Assembly: GCA_031257835.1 (NCBI GenBank)
Contig: JAIRNY010000026.1
Coordinates: 43,025 to 107,024 of the forward strand
Source of the DNA: Candidatus Endomicrobiellum cryptotermitis
GTDB taxonomy: Bacteria; Elusimicrobiota; Endomicrobiia; Endomicrobiales; Endomicrobiaceae
Length of the DNA: 64,000 bases
Direction of reading: 5' to 3'
Shown here: positions 21,632 to 32,355 of the stretch, one piece after another
How positions within the stretch are numbered: the first letter of the stretch is position 1
Layout of the letters: each line of letters opens with the position of its first letter
The notes under the pieces: model-generated
Told to the model about the DNA's origin: nothing
The model's input: only the letters and a program-made list of their open reading frames with translations
Databases searched by the model: none
Position numbers and translations under genes: made by a program

Positions 21632-22416
21632 ATATTTAAAAAATTTTTGATATTGTTGGATAGTATTTTTTGTTTATTTTCATCGGTAATATTTAAAGAA
21701 TTAATAAACTGTATATCTTTTTTAGAATCTTCTAAGGGAAAGTCTGAACCAAAAAATATTTTGTCAAAACCATGTTTATAAAAAAATTTATCTAATAAAT
21801 CTCTTCTCATACGCCTAACACTATCAGAAGTGTCAAAATATATATTTTTACCAGCAAGAAATTTTAAAGACTCTTCCCACATTAAAAAGCCACCCATATG
21901 TGCACCTATAATTTTTAAAGACGGAAATTTATTTAATATTTTTAGAATTCGCTTAGGGGATGATTTTGGATCTATTTTAGAATTTAACTGTACACCACAA
22001 TGAATTAACAAAGGAACTTGTAATTTTTCAATCTCTTCATAAACGTAAAATATCGACTCATCATCAAAATAAAAATTTTGAAAGTCAGGTTGAAACTTAA
22101 TACCATAAGCATTATCTTTAATTCTTTTTAGTTCTTCTTTAAAACCATTAAAAAAAGGATGCATTGAAGCAAAAATAATAAATCTCTCTTTATGTAAAGA
22201 AAAAAGCCAATTATTTATAGAAAGTACCTGGTCTTCCCTAGAAGCAACTGAAGATATAATACTTTTTGATATTCCAGTCTCATCCATATACCTTAACAAA
22301 TTACCAGCTGTAGGCAAACTAATCATTTTTATATCAAGCAAATTTTCAAGATAATACTTTACTTTTTCAACTACCTTTTCAGGCCAAATATGACAATGAG
22401 AATCTATGATTTCCAT
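21628..22416 (-). CDS. Amidohydrolase family protein
   Basis: IDSHCH, IHCG, AHMGG, FGSDFP. Confidence 0.88.
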   Translation of the reverse strand: MEIIDSHCHIWPEKVVEKVKYYLENLLDIKMISLPTAGNLLRYMDETGISKSIISSVASREDQVLSINNWLFSLHKERFIIFASMHPFFNGFKEELKRIKDNAYGIKFQPDFQNFYFDDESIFYVYEEIEKLQVPLLIHCGVQLNSKIDPKSSPKRILKILNKFPSLKIIGAHMGGFLMWEESLKFLAGKNIYFDTSDSVRRMRRDLLDKFFYKHGFDKIFFGSDFPLEDSKKDIQFINSLNITDENKQKILSNNIKNFLNI

Positions 22417-22588
22417 ATTAAATTATTACCTCCAAACATTCAAAAAACCCAACAATGGAATTATTCACAAACAATCAATTTTACAATAATCTTAAAGATC
22501 AAGTCGGGTATTAAGACAATAAAGAAATAAACATATTGTTTTTTAGCCATATGCTACTCCGTTATTTCCTAACTTACTTAATAACAGA

Positions 22589-23899
22589 TTACATTATATG
22601 TAAAATATTTATTACATAAACTATTATTACAAAACTACAAAAAACATACTTTCCCATTGGGATAATCCATTTACTAACTTTTTTAGAACGCCCTTTCTGA
22701 AGTTCATCAATAAGTCTTTTAGATGGTACAATCCAAAAAGTGAAAACTGCACTAAGTAAAGCACAAAATGGTACAAAGTGGATTTGTAACATGTCCATAA
22801 ATTCATCTATATGACCATTTGTAAGTATACTAAAAATAGACACAACGACTACCGTTAACGCAACAGAACTAAGCCGAGACATTTTTAGTTTGTTTTGTAA
22901 AGATTCTACTGCTACTTCTAATACACTTATAAGAGAAGTAATTGCTGCAAAAAATACTGCAGTAAAAAAAACAACCATACAAACTTGACCTAACGGTATA
23001 GTTTTTAAAATGTCTGGCATTGTTATAAACATAAGTGATGTGCCAGAATCTAAAGCTTTACCAAAAGAAAACACTGCAGGAATTATGACCATAGAGGACA
23101 CTACTGACGCAAGTGTACTTAAAACAACAACACTTTTTGACGAATAAATTATATCTTCTTTCTTTCTTGCATAAGACCCATAGACCAACATTATAGAACC
23201 AAAAGTAGATAAAGAGTAAAAAGATTGTCCTAATGCTAAAATCCAAGTTCTAGCATTAAACAAAGATTCCCATTTTAACGCAAAAAGAAATTTATAACCT
23301 TCTACCACACCAGATAAAAATGCTACTCTAATAGCTAACATTAAAAATAAAACCAAAAAAGCCGTCATCATAATTTTATTTACTTTCTCTATACCTTTTT
23401 CAATTCCACCAACCATAGTAAACCCTGATATAAAAAGAGTAATTATAATCCACAAAGAAGCATTACTTCTTGTTATTAAGTCAAAATGTTGATCACTAGC
23501 AAAAGAAGTAAACGCAGATCCTGTTATAGCTCCCACTAAAAAACGTAATGTCCATGAAACCACTACTGTATATCCCAAACCTATAATGGTTATAACTACT
23601 ATAGGCACCCAACCTACAAATTCTCCCACCTTATTATGGCCACCATTTAACCTTAAAGCTTTCCTAAAAGCTCCTAAAGGACCTTTACCTGTAAGTCTCC
23701 CTAAGGCAAGTTCACCAATAAGTGCAATAAGCCCTAATCCAAAAGCAGACACTACATAAGCAAACAAAAATGCAAAACCCCCGTTTTCTGCTACTCTATA
23801 AGGAAACAGCCAAATGTTTCCCATCCCAATAGCAGAACCTGCCGCAGCTAAAATAAAGCCCCACTTTGATGAAAACAAATCTTTTTCGGCCTTTGACAT
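22589..23899 (-). CDS. Sodium-dependent transporter (NSS/SNF family)
   Basis: GFILAAAGSAIGMGNIWLFPY..NGG.AF; ALGQSFYSLS. Confidence 0.92.
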   Translation of the reverse strand: MSKAEKDLFSSKWGFILAAAGSAIGMGNIWLFPYRVAENGGFAFLFAYVVSAFGLGLIALIGELALGRLTGKGPLGAFRKALRLNGGHNKVGEFVGWVPIVVITIIGLGYTVVVSWTLRFLVGAITGSAFTSFASDQHFDLITRSNASLWIIITLFISGFTMVGGIEKGIEKVNKIMMTAFLVLFLMLAIRVAFLSGVVEGYKFLFALKWESLFNARTWILALGQSFYSLSTFGSIMLVYGSYARKKEDIIYSSKSVVVLSTLASVVSSMVIIPAVFSFGKALDSGTSLMFITMPDILKTIPLGQVCMVVFFTAVFFAAITSLISVLEVAVESLQNKLKMSRLSSVALTVVVVSIFSILTNGHIDEFMDMLQIHFVPFCALLSAVFTFWIVPSKRLIDELQKGRSKKVSKWIIPMGKYVFCSFVIIVYVINILHIM

Positions 23900-23992
23900 T
23901 ACAGTACCTCTTCTTTCAACAGTAAACTATAAAAATATATCCTCGATACATTTTTGTTTATCGAGGATATGTTTTTGAAATACTACTTTAAA

Positions 23993-24337
23993 TCAGTTTA
24001 TTGCATCTTTACCAATTTCTTTTGTTCTGATACGCATCACACTACGCAAATTATAACTGAATATTTTCCCATCTCCTGGGTTTCCTGTAAAAGCAGCTTC
24101 TTGGATTGCTTTTATAGTTTTTGCTTCCCATTCTTCTGAAGATACTATAATTTCAAATTTTATCTTTGGAAGCATAGATATAACTACTTCAGTCCCTCTT
24201 ACAAGCTCTTTGTATCCCTTTTGCTTCCCATATCCTACAACTTCATATACAGTAACTCCATTAACTTCTATTTTACTTAAAGCTTTTTTTATATCTTCTA
24301 ATTTTTCTTCTCGAACAATAGCTTCTATCTTTATCAT
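23993..24337 (-). CDS. glnK: P-II nitrogen regulator
   Basis: KIEAIVR..G.G.QKG..TGNPGDGKIF..RIRT; directly downstream of amtB. Confidence 0.9.
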   Translation of the reverse strand: MIKIEAIVREEKLEDIKKALSKIEVNGVTVYEVVGYGKQKGYKELVRGTEVVISMLPKIKFEIIVSSEEWEAKTIKAIQEAAFTGNPGDGKIFSYNLRSVMRIRTKEIGKDAIN

Positions 24338-24394
24338 AAATACCTCAAATATTATAGCATAAATGTATTTAAAAAATGTAACATTTTAACTGGA

Positions 24395-25624
24395 TTAGTC
24401 CAACCCATTAAAAGATGGATATGCACTTTCTCCATGTTCAGATAAATCAAGACCAACAAGTTCTTCTCTTATATCTACCCTTAAAGGCATAAAACATTTC
24501 ACTATACTCACACAAAATAAAGTACCAATTATAACTATCACAAAAGTTATCAGTATACCCTCTATCTGAGCAAAAAATTGAAAAGTTTTCCCGTATATTA
24601 AACCAGCTTTTCCACCATTAATCATTGGATTACAAAAAACACCAGTTAATATTCCACCCCAAATACCGCCTATACCATGACAACCAAAAGCGTCTAGTGC
24701 ATCATCAATTTTGAAAACTTTTTTTATTAAAGATATTCCACCATAACAAACAGGACTTACAGTTATACCTATGATTAAAGCTGCCCACATATCTACAAAA
24801 CCTGCTGCTGGAGTTATTCCGACAAGTCCTGCAATAACGCCTGTACAAGCTCCAATCAGAGTAACTTTTCCTTGTTTTATAACGTCTAACAGCATCCATA
24901 CTAACATTCCAGAAGCTGCAGAAATTGCTGTGGTCATAAAAGCATGGGCAGCAAGAGTATTTGCCCCTAAAGCACTACCAGAGTTAAAACCAAACCAACC
25001 AAATAATAATATAACTGTACCTAAAAACACAAAAGGTACGTTATGTATTCTATAGGAGGTTTGTAAATAATCTACCCTTTTGCCTATCAAAATTGCAATT
25101 ATTAAACCTGTTGTTCCTGAACTTATATGAACAACATCCCCTCCAGCAAAATCTAAAGCGCCGATTTTACCACCGATTAGTCCCCCATCCCAAACCATAT
25201 GTGCTAAGGGATAATAAACTACAAGAGACCATAAAGCTATAAAAAAAAACAAAGCATTAAATTTCATTCTACCAGCTATTGAACCTGTTATAATAGCTGG
25301 TGTAATTATAGTAAAAGCCATTTGAAAAGCAATAAAAGCAAATGTTGGAATTGAGCCTGTAACAGAATCTTTAGTTACACCTAAAAGACACAAATTCTCA
25401 AACGATCCTATAAAATCATTACCTCCTTCACCAAAAGATAAAGAATAACCTACAAAAAAATACATAACTATGGCTAATCCTATTATAAAACCCGAATTCA
25501 TCATATTGTTTACCATATTCTTTCTACGTCCCAATCCTCCATAAAAAAGTGCTAGTCCAGGAGTCATAATAAACACCAAAGCAGTACAAACAAGCATAAA
25601 CGCTGTATCACCTGCGCTAAACAT
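24395..25624 (-). CDS. amtB: Ammonium transporter
   Basis: MTPGLALFYGGL, DFAGGDVVHISSG, GWFGFNSGS, DDALDAFGCHG. Confidence 0.96.
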   Translation of the reverse strand: MFSAGDTAFMLVCTALVFIMTPGLALFYGGLGRRKNMVNNMMNSGFIIGLAIVMYFFVGYSLSFGEGGNDFIGSFENLCLLGVTKDSVTGSIPTFAFIAFQMAFTIITPAIITGSIAGRMKFNALFFFIALWSLVVYYPLAHMVWDGGLIGGKIGALDFAGGDVVHISSGTTGLIIAILIGKRVDYLQTSYRIHNVPFVFLGTVILLFGWFGFNSGSALGANTLAAHAFMTTAISAASGMLVWMLLDVIKQGKVTLIGACTGVIAGLVGITPAAGFVDMWAALIIGITVSPVCYGGISLIKKVFKIDDALDAFGCHGIGGIWGGILTGVFCNPMINGGKAGLIYGKTFQFFAQIEGILITFVIVIIGTLFCVSIVKCFMPLRVDIREELVGLDLSEHGESAYPSFNGLD

Positions 25625-25799
25625 CTCTATCTCCTATTTTAAAGATTTCACAATTTATCTTTATATTTTTAATATTTTTATCATTTTATAAAGCAAAAAT
25701 CAATAAAATTTATATTTTTATACAAATTTTGCTTTAAGATTTTAAAATTATTTGTTTTATTTTGCTGATTTTTCTGGTTTTAAAAAAAAGAAAGGTTTT

Positions 25800-26430
25800 T
25801 ATAATGCGCCCGAAAAATCGAACAAAAAAGGTAAGATCTAAGGGTGAACAAGAAATAAAGAAAAAGGAGCATACTTAATGAGAACGTAGGAAGACAGCTT
25901 TAAAGCCAAAGAAGCAATAGAAGCATTGAAAAGAAATAGTTTCCTTCCACTTGCTGATACTTTATGCTCTTTATCATAATATTCAAAACAGTGTAGCGCA
26001 TATTCATCTTTTTTATTTTATTGTTCCCAAAAAAAGATGTATAATTATGATGTATAATGATAGTGAAAGAGAAGAGGAAGACAAATAAGAGCAGATTATT
26101 ATATATAAGAATGGAAAAAGGAATGAAAAGATTACCAATAGGGACACAGGCATTTGAGAAGTTAAGAAATGATAATTCAGTCAGTATACGTAGATAAGAC
26201 AGAACATGTATATAATTTAATAAACAATGGAAGTGTATACTTTGTATACTTTTTAAAAAAAGGTCAAAGTCAGGTGAGATCAAGGGAGCCAGTATACAAG
26301 CCAAGCATTTGTAAAGATGCTAAAAGGCAACAAGATGCGAAGAAGTGTGTCTGTGTCTGGGAAGGAAAGGGAGAGCATTGGATAATATTTAGATAGAGAA
26401 ATTTTGGAACACATTGAAGAGAGAAGATAA
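25800..26430 (+). mobile_element. Degraded IS3-family insertion sequence
   Basis: IRL-like TATAATGCGCCCGAAAAATCGAACA at 25800; OrfA remnant MRT*EDSFKAKEAIEALK from 25878; OrfB remnant DQGSQYTSQAFVKML..KGRALDNI*IEKFWNTLKRE at 26278-26427. Confidence 0.75.
26123..26251 (+). pseudogene. N-terminal fragment of an AAA-ATPase-like protein (family often fused to a PD-(D/E)XK nuclease)
   Basis: MKRLPIGTQAFEKLRNDNS / VYVDKTEHVYNLINNGSVYF; frameshift from a TCAG duplication; truncated before Walker A. Confidence 0.75.
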
Positions 26431-26452
26431 AAAATATAATAGTTACAAATCA

Positions 26453-26488
26453 TAAGCGTATTGACAGAAATCTCTGTCAATACGCTTA
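26453..26488. terminator. 16-bp perfect stem hairpin, probable terminator
   Basis: TAAGCGTATTGACAGA-AATC-TCTGTCAATACGCTTA, about 60 bp downstream of the minus-strand OMP-like gene. Confidence 0.6.
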
Positions 26489-26548
26489 GACCACACAGAG
26501 GCAGGAGGATATTTATTTTTAGCCTTGTTTATTGATTCTCTGTCAGAC

Positions 26549-27110
26549 TTATAAGTAGAAGTTGAGCGTAGCTTGATACCCTGAAAGATCAAATTTATCG
26601 TCGGTTTTGTGTTGTATATCGCAACAATACCTATATCCCAAGTCCACCCCCATTCCAAACCTTCTCGTGAAATTATATCTCATTCCAACTGATAAGTCAC
26701 AACCTAAAAGAGAAGCTGTTGTATAACTCTCTTCTTTCTGTTGTCCTTCAACCTTACCTTCACGATAATAAGTTCCTATTCCTGTGAAGAGTTTGGTATT
26801 AAATTCAAAATTTTTACTTATTTTAGTTTGATACCTGCCGCCAACCATAGTAACCCAATAGCTATAACCACCATTCCTTATTTTATATTCTTTCCTGTCT
26901 GCTGTTAAAAAGTACTCCCTTAAATCCCAACATTATTATGTCTTTGCTTACATCGTAGAACAGTGGATCCACCCCTACTATAACCCATGCATTTCTTATG
27001 TCTTGTCCTCCAGCATATCCAGTCCAGAAAGTTACTTCTTTGGCAAAAAGATTATCTCCGAAAAACACAGAAAAAATTAAAAAAATATATTTATTTTTCA
27101 ATATTTTCAC
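26549..27110 (-). pseudogene. Outer-membrane beta-barrel protein, split
   Basis: Signal-peptide ORF 26883-27110 plus ORF 26549-26848 with amphipathic strands (VGMRYNFTRRFGMGVDLGYRY). Confidence 0.6.
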
Positions 27111-27408
27111 TTAATCTGCTCCACAAGCTGTTGGGCGACTCCGCTGGCCGCTGGATAGCCCAGTACTGTTACTGCTCCACCCACTGTTGCCTTTATTACG
27201 ACTTTACCTGCATCGGAATGTGCAAACGTAGTAAATTCTCTTTTCGTATCTCTTCCCACGCTCTTCCTATCGTTTCCCCGGGACCATGAGCGGCATTCGT
27301 TGATTCTCTTCTTACATCTTCCCATGCTTTTCCTATACCGTTCCCTGCATGAGCCGTCCCGTTACAAATAAGTCCACACAATAAAACTGTTAAAACCAAA
27401 CGTTTCAT
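27107..27408 (-). pseudogene. Small secreted protein with an internal helical repeat, one frameshift
   Basis: Signal peptide MKRLVLTVLLCGLICNGTAHA; repeats IGKAWEDVRRESTNAAH / IGRAWEEIR.EFTTFAH span the frameshift near 27240; second-frame stop overlaps the next GTG (GTGA). Confidence 0.6.
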
Positions 27409-27609
27409 TTGAATTTCTTCTTTTTGTGAATTTTACAGCTCTTACATTTTCTTTGGCTAATTTTAACAAAACATTTTTATATAAAGATAAAAAAGTGGTC
27501 ATCAAAAGGACAAAGTCAGATTTAATTTAGCTTGTAGTTTTTGCTACAAAAAGAGATTCATACCATACATACATAACAAGCACGAATCTTTAAAATAATG
27601 TTTATTGCT

Positions 27610-27688
27610 TGGCGGGGACGACGGGATTTGAACCCGCGGTCTCTGCCTTGACAGGGCAGTGTGTTAAACCAGGCTACACCACGTCCCC
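27610..27688 (-). tRNA. tRNA-Asp (GTC)
   Basis: Acceptor GGGGACG/CGTCCCC, anticodon arm CTGCC-CTGTCAA-GGCAG, TTCAAAT T-loop, encoded CCA. Confidence 0.97.
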
Positions 27689-27705
27689 AACCACATCGAG
27701 TGACT

Positions 27706-27734
27706 ATTATACCCTAAAGACGAGATAATGTCAA
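27706..27734 (-). promoter_or_regulatory. Consensus sigma70 promoter of tRNA-Asp
   Basis: Minus strand TTGACA-17 bp-TATAAT ending 17 bp before the tRNA. Confidence 0.85.
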
Positions 27735-27758
27735 ATTAACAAAATGTTTTAACTTATG

Positions 27759-29009
27759 CTAGTATTCCAAACCATTATAAATAGGAAAGTCTTTGCATAA
27801 TTTTAGCATGTCTTTTTTGACTTCTTCTATTACTTTTTGATCACTAATGTTTTTCAAAACTTTTAATATAGATTGGGCAATTTTTGTTATTTCAGGTTCT
27901 TTCATACCTCTTGACGTAACAGCAGGAGAACCTATTCTTATGCCCGAAGTTACAGTTGGTTTTTCTGGGTCGTATGGAATTCCATTTTTATTTAAGGTAA
28001 TTCCTGCTTTCTCCAAAACATCTTGAGCATCTTTACCTTTAACACCTAAAGGTCTTAAATCAACTAAAAACATATGCGACTCTGTACCACCAGAAACTAT
28101 TTTTAAACCAGATTCTTCTAAAACTTGAGCCATTTTTATAGAATTAGACAAAACCTGCTGTTGATATTCCTTAAACCCTGGTTTTAAAGCTTCCCCAAAA
28201 GATACAGCTTTTGCGGCTATAACATGCATTAAAGGGCCCCCTTGTTCGCCTGGGAAAACTGCAGAGTTAATCTTTTTTGCAATATCTGGATTATTTGTAA
28301 GAATTAATCCCCCTCTAGGACCTCTTAAAGTCTTATGAGTTGTAGACGTTACAACATCAGCATATTCTGTTGGAGACGGATAAATATCTGCTGCAATAAG
28401 GCCAGCATAGTGGGCAATGTCTGTCATATGATAAGCGCCAACTTTTTTTGCAATCTGTCCTATTTTTTTCCAGTCCCAGACTCTTGAATATGCACTTGCT
28501 CCACTAATTATTAATTTTGGTTTACGTTCTAAAGCTAAACGCTCAATCTCGTCATAATTTATAAGTCCAGTTTTTTCATCTACATTGTAAGCTACAACAT
28601 TAAACCATTTACCAGAAACGTTATAAGGACTTCCATGGGTTAAATGTCCACCGTGTGCTAAACTAAGGCCCATTATTGTATCTCCCGGACTTAAAAGAGC
28701 AAGTTGCACTGCAAAATTGGCTTGTGCACCAGAATGAGGTTGAACATTTGCAAATTGTACATTAAAAAGTTTTTTTGCTCTATCTATTGCAATAGTCTCA
28801 ACCACATCTACAACTTCGCAGCCACCATAATAACGTTTGACAGGGTAACCTTCAGCGTATTTATTTGTAAGGCAAGATCCTTGTGCTTGCATTACAGATT
28901 GTGAAGTAATATTTTCTGAAGCTATAAGTTCTATTGTATCTCTTTGTCTTTTAAGCTCTTTTACTAGTACTTCATAAACTTCTATATCCTGTTTTTTTAA
29001 GTCTTCCAT
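27759..29009 (-). CDS. glyA: Serine hydroxymethyltransferase
   Basis: [35 protein letters not shown]. Confidence 0.98.
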   Translation of the reverse strand: MEDLKKQDIEVYEVLVKELKRQRDTIELIASENITSQSVMQAQGSCLTNKYAEGYPVKRYYGGCEVVDVVETIAIDRAKKLFNVQFANVQPHSGAQANFAVQLALLSPGDTIMGLSLAHGGHLTHGSPYNVSGKWFNVVAYNVDEKTGLINYDEIERLALERKPKLIISGASAYSRVWDWKKIGQIAKKVGAYHMTDIAHYAGLIAADIYPSPTEYADVVTSTTHKTLRGPRGGLILTNNPDIAKKINSAVFPGEQGGPLMHVIAAKAVSFGEALKPGFKEYQQQVLSNSIKMAQVLEESGLKIVSGGTESHMFLVDLRPLGVKGKDAQDVLEKAGITLNKNGIPYDPEKPTVTSGIRIGSPAVTSRGMKEPEITKIAQSILKVLKNISDQKVIEEVKKDMLKLCKDFPIYNGLEY

Positions 29010-29022
29010 TTTTGCCTCACAT

Positions 29023-29637
29023 TTATATATATTTTAATATCTCGTTAGTATCTAAGCAGCCCTTACGAATAACCACATAAGGGTATTGTACCATATCTAT
29101 AACTGTAGACTCAAAAGAATATTTACATTTTCCACCATCAACAATAATATCTACAATATCATCAAAAATTAAAGTTTCTTTAATATCTTTGGCACTTTTT
29201 TTATTTGAAATATTTACAGATGTTGTAAAGACTGGAGAATTTAAAACTTCAAGCATCTTTAACATAAACTCGTTATTAGGTATCCTTACTCCTATATTAG
29301 TTCTACCACCTGAAATAACTTTACCTAGATCTGTCGTAGGAAATATTAATGTAAGCTGACCAGGCCAAAATTTTTCCGCAATTTTCAAAGCTTTTTGTGG
29401 TATTTCGATAATAGGTTTTGCACTTTCTAAATTTTTAGTCATCAAAACAAGTGGTTTTTTTTGACTCCTACTTTTAATTTTGTATAGTTTTTTTTGCGCA
29501 TCGACATTAAAAGCATCTACAGCAAACCCATAAACTGTATCTGTAGGTACAATAGCTATACCCCCATTTTTTATTATTCGAGAAGTTTTTATATGTGCTT
29601 TTTTATCTTTAGATAAAGTTCTTAAAGTTTTACTCAA
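29023..29637 (-). CDS. tsaC: Threonylcarbamoyl-AMP synthase (TsaC/Sua5/YrdC)
   Basis: PTDTVYG, K.R..KP, FWPGQLT, VRIP, ESTVID. Confidence 0.9.
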   Translation of the reverse strand: MSKTLRTLSKDKKAHIKTSRIIKNGGIAIVPTDTVYGFAVDAFNVDAQKKLYKIKSRSQKKPLVLMTKNLESAKPIIEIPQKALKIAEKFWPGQLTLIFPTTDLGKVISGGRTNIGVRIPNNEFMLKMLEVLNSPVFTTSVNISNKKSAKDIKETLIFDDIVDIIVDGGKCKYSFESTVIDMVQYPYVVIRKGCLDTNEILKYI

Positions 29638-29638
29638 T

Positions 29639-30661
29639 TTAAATTAACCCTGTAGATTCTTTTAAGCCAAACATTATATTCATATTCTGTACAGCCTGCC
29701 CTGAAGCACCTTTAACAAGATTGTCTATAACAGAAATTATAATAAGTTTGTTTGTTCTCATATCAACTTTCAATCCAATACAACAATAATTTGTATTTAC
29801 AACATCTTTAATTGAAGGAAGATCTCCGTCATTAAAAACTTTAATAAATACTTTATTTTTATAAAAATCCCTATAGTACTTTAAAACTTTATCTGTAATA
29901 ACAGGCCTTTTTAAATTCAAATAAATTGTAGAAAGCATCCCTCGTTCTACTGGAATAATATGTGGAGTAAAGCCTACTACTACATTCTGACCTGATAAAC
30001 CAGAAAGTTCTTGCTCTATTTCAGGTATATGTCTATGGGTTCCAGCTATTTTATAAGCTTTACAATTTGGATACTCATTTTCAAAATATTCTTGAGCACT
30101 TTTCCTTCCAGCACCTGAAATACCACTTTTAGAATCTATAGTTATAGTATTCAAATCAACAAAATTCTCTTTTATACTTGGGGCTATACCTAACGTAATG
30201 CTAGTAGGGTAACAACCAGGATTTGCAATCAAAGAAGCTGTTTTTATATTTTCAAAATTAATTTCTGACAACCCATAAACAGCTTTTTGTACAAAATCTT
30301 TTGCAGTATGGTTGACCTTATACCACTGTTCATAAGTGCTTACATCTTTTAACCTAAAATCTGCAGATAAATCTATAACCTTAACACCTTTGTTAATAAA
30401 TTCTGGAACTAATTGGAAAGCTACTCCATGTGGCAAAGCTAAAAATACCAAATCACAATTTTTTGAAATTTTATCTATATCTAAAGATTCTACAATTAAA
30501 TTTAAATTAGCAAAGTTTGAATAAATATCTTTTAAAAGCCTTTGCTCTGAAGTACTTCTTCCATAAAGCCCTGTTATCTTTACATCTGAGTGCAAACTTA
30601 AAATTTTTAAAAGCTCTTCCCCTGTGTAACCTGTTATACCAACAATTCCTACTTTTATCAC
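29639..30661 (-). CDS. argC: N-acetyl-gamma-glutamyl-phosphate reductase
   Basis: [47 protein letters not shown]. Confidence 0.97.
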   Translation of the reverse strand: MIKVGIVGITGYTGEELLKILSLHSDVKITGLYGRSTSEQRLLKDIYSNFANLNLIVESLDIDKISKNCDLVFLALPHGVAFQLVPEFINKGVKVIDLSADFRLKDVSTYEQWYKVNHTAKDFVQKAVYGLSEINFENIKTASLIANPGCYPTSITLGIAPSIKENFVDLNTITIDSKSGISGAGRKSAQEYFENEYPNCKAYKIAGTHRHIPEIEQELSGLSGQNVVVGFTPHIIPVERGMLSTIYLNLKRPVITDKVLKYYRDFYKNKVFIKVFNDGDLPSIKDVVNTNYCCIGLKVDMRTNKLIIISVIDNLVKGASGQAVQNMNIMFGLKESTGLI

Positions 30662-31350
30662 TTTTTCTCCAATTCTTTAGGGTATACTAAAACTACAAAT
30701 TCACCAAGTAAAGACTTTCTATTTTTTGTATCTTCTAAAACTTCTTTTATTGTACCTCTTATAAATTCTTCAAACTTTTTTGTCATTTCCCTTGCAAGAC
30801 AAATTTGGGTATCTTTGCCAAAAACAGCTAAACACATTTCTATAGTTTTGAAAATTCTATGTGGCGACTCGTAAAAAATAATTGTCTTTTTTAAATTTGT
30901 AAGCTCTACAAGTTCCTTTCTCATTTTGCTAGGCTTTCTTTTTAAAAAACCACAAAATATAAAACCGTCTGTAGGAAGTCCTGATCCTACAAGAGCTGTT
31001 ATCACAGCGCTTGATCCTGGCAAAACTTCAAGATTTATATTTTTGCTTATAACTTCTTTAACCAAACTATATCCTGGATCAGAAATTCCAGGAGTACCTG
31101 CATCAGAAATAAGTGCAATTTTTTTACCATTTAAAAGCTTGTCTATTAAACCTTTAATCCTATGTTGTTCATTGTAAGAATAAAAACTTATTAAATGTTT
31201 TGATAATTTAAAATGTGATAACAAATTTAAGCTTTGTCTTGTATCTTCACAAGCAATTAAATCACACTCTTTAAGAATACGTAATGCTCTTAGCGTTATA
31301 TCTTCAAGGTTACCTATAGGGGTTGGAACTACATATAAAGTGCCACTCAT
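30658..31350 (-). CDS. rsmI: 16S rRNA C1402 2'-O-methyltransferase
   Basis: [46 protein letters not shown]. Confidence 0.96.
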   Translation of the reverse strand: MSGTLYVVPTPIGNLEDITLRALRILKECDLIACEDTRQSLNLLSHFKLSKHLISFYSYNEQHRIKGLIDKLLNGKKIALISDAGTPGISDPGYSLVKEVISKNINLEVLPGSSAVITALVGSGLPTDGFIFCGFLKRKPSKMRKELVELTNLKKTIIFYESPHRIFKTIEMCLAVFGKDTQICLAREMTKKFEEFIRGTIKEVLEDTKNRKSLLGEFVVLVYPKELEKK

Positions 31351-31436
31351 TTGTTAATTAACTTAATTGGTTTATAAAAATTTACAAAAATTATAACATA
31401 TAAAAAATTTTAAGACAAAATTATGCAGCAAATATT

Positions 31437-31593
31437 GATCTAGTTTAGTATCTTATCGGAGTTACCTTAAAGAGCATCTTCTGAGTAATAAACATTTAAG
31501 TCTTTCTTGTCTTTTCATTTTGCAAGTTTGCTAATTTGTTTAAATGCTTATTTGCGATTGCTCTAGTAACCTAGATAAGATAGTATACTAGAC
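31437..31593 (+). mobile_element. Palindromic repeat family 2, complete copy
   Basis: Terminal inverted repeats TCTAGTTTAGTATCTTATC / GATAAGATAGTATACTAGA (17/19); homologous to copies at 19558, 45569 and 56299. Confidence 0.8.
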
Positions 31594-31654
31594 AAACCAA
31601 ACTATTTCTGTGTCAAGCGGCTGTAAAAGTTCAATATATGTTTTAACTTTTTCA

Positions 31655-32354
31655 AATTAATTGGTTTAATTTTAAAATATTTATAAAAGTGTTAACAACT
31701 TTTGGGTCAACATTGAGTTCCAGAACTATTGATAAGTTCTTTTATTGCAGCATCTTTACCTAAAGATTTTCTATATGGTCTGTCAGATGTCATAGCATCA
31801 TAAGCATCTATAACAGCAATTATTCTTGCACCAAGTGGAATTTCTTCACCTTTTAAACCTTCAGGATAACCACTACCATCATACCATTCTTGGTGATATA
31901 AAACTAAAAGAGCAATTTCAGACAAAGAATGTATAGGAGCTATTATGTATTATGTTATAACCTATAATAGGATGCATTTTCATAACATCTTTTTCTTGTT
32001 CTGTTAAAGAAGAATCTTTTTTTAAAATAGATTCAGATATGCCAATTTTACCTATATCATGCATTAATGAGGCATACTCAATCTGTCTTAGAATATTTTT
32101 TTCTAATCCCATCTCTTTTGCTATTAGCTTTGCATATCGTCTTGCTCTTGTAGCGTGACTAAAAGTATAAGAATCTTTTGCGTCTATAGCTCTAACTAAA
32201 GTTTGCACGATTCCAATATAGGAACTATGAATATCATTATTAAGTTTTAAAAGTTCATGTTTTAAGAAAAGTACTTTTGTGTGAAGTTTAAATCCCCACA
32301 CAAAAAGAATAATTGCTAGTAACGATAAAACGCATATAAGTATTGTTTTATCAT
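31655..32354 (-). pseudogene. Membrane-anchored HD-GYP c-di-GMP phosphodiesterase pseudogene
   Basis: AKDSYT..H, MHDIGKIG, HQEWYDGSGYPEGL, DAYDAMTSDRPYR; frameshift from a 7-bp duplication at 31942-31955; damaged start; second frameshift near 31710. Confidence 0.88.
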
Positions 32355-32355
32355 T

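Noticed and set aside
25900-26658. Listed short ORFs at 25900-26304, 26280-26480 and 26443-26658
   Set aside because: They overlap the IS3/AAA relics, the hairpin or the OMP fragment in other frames; likely spurious.
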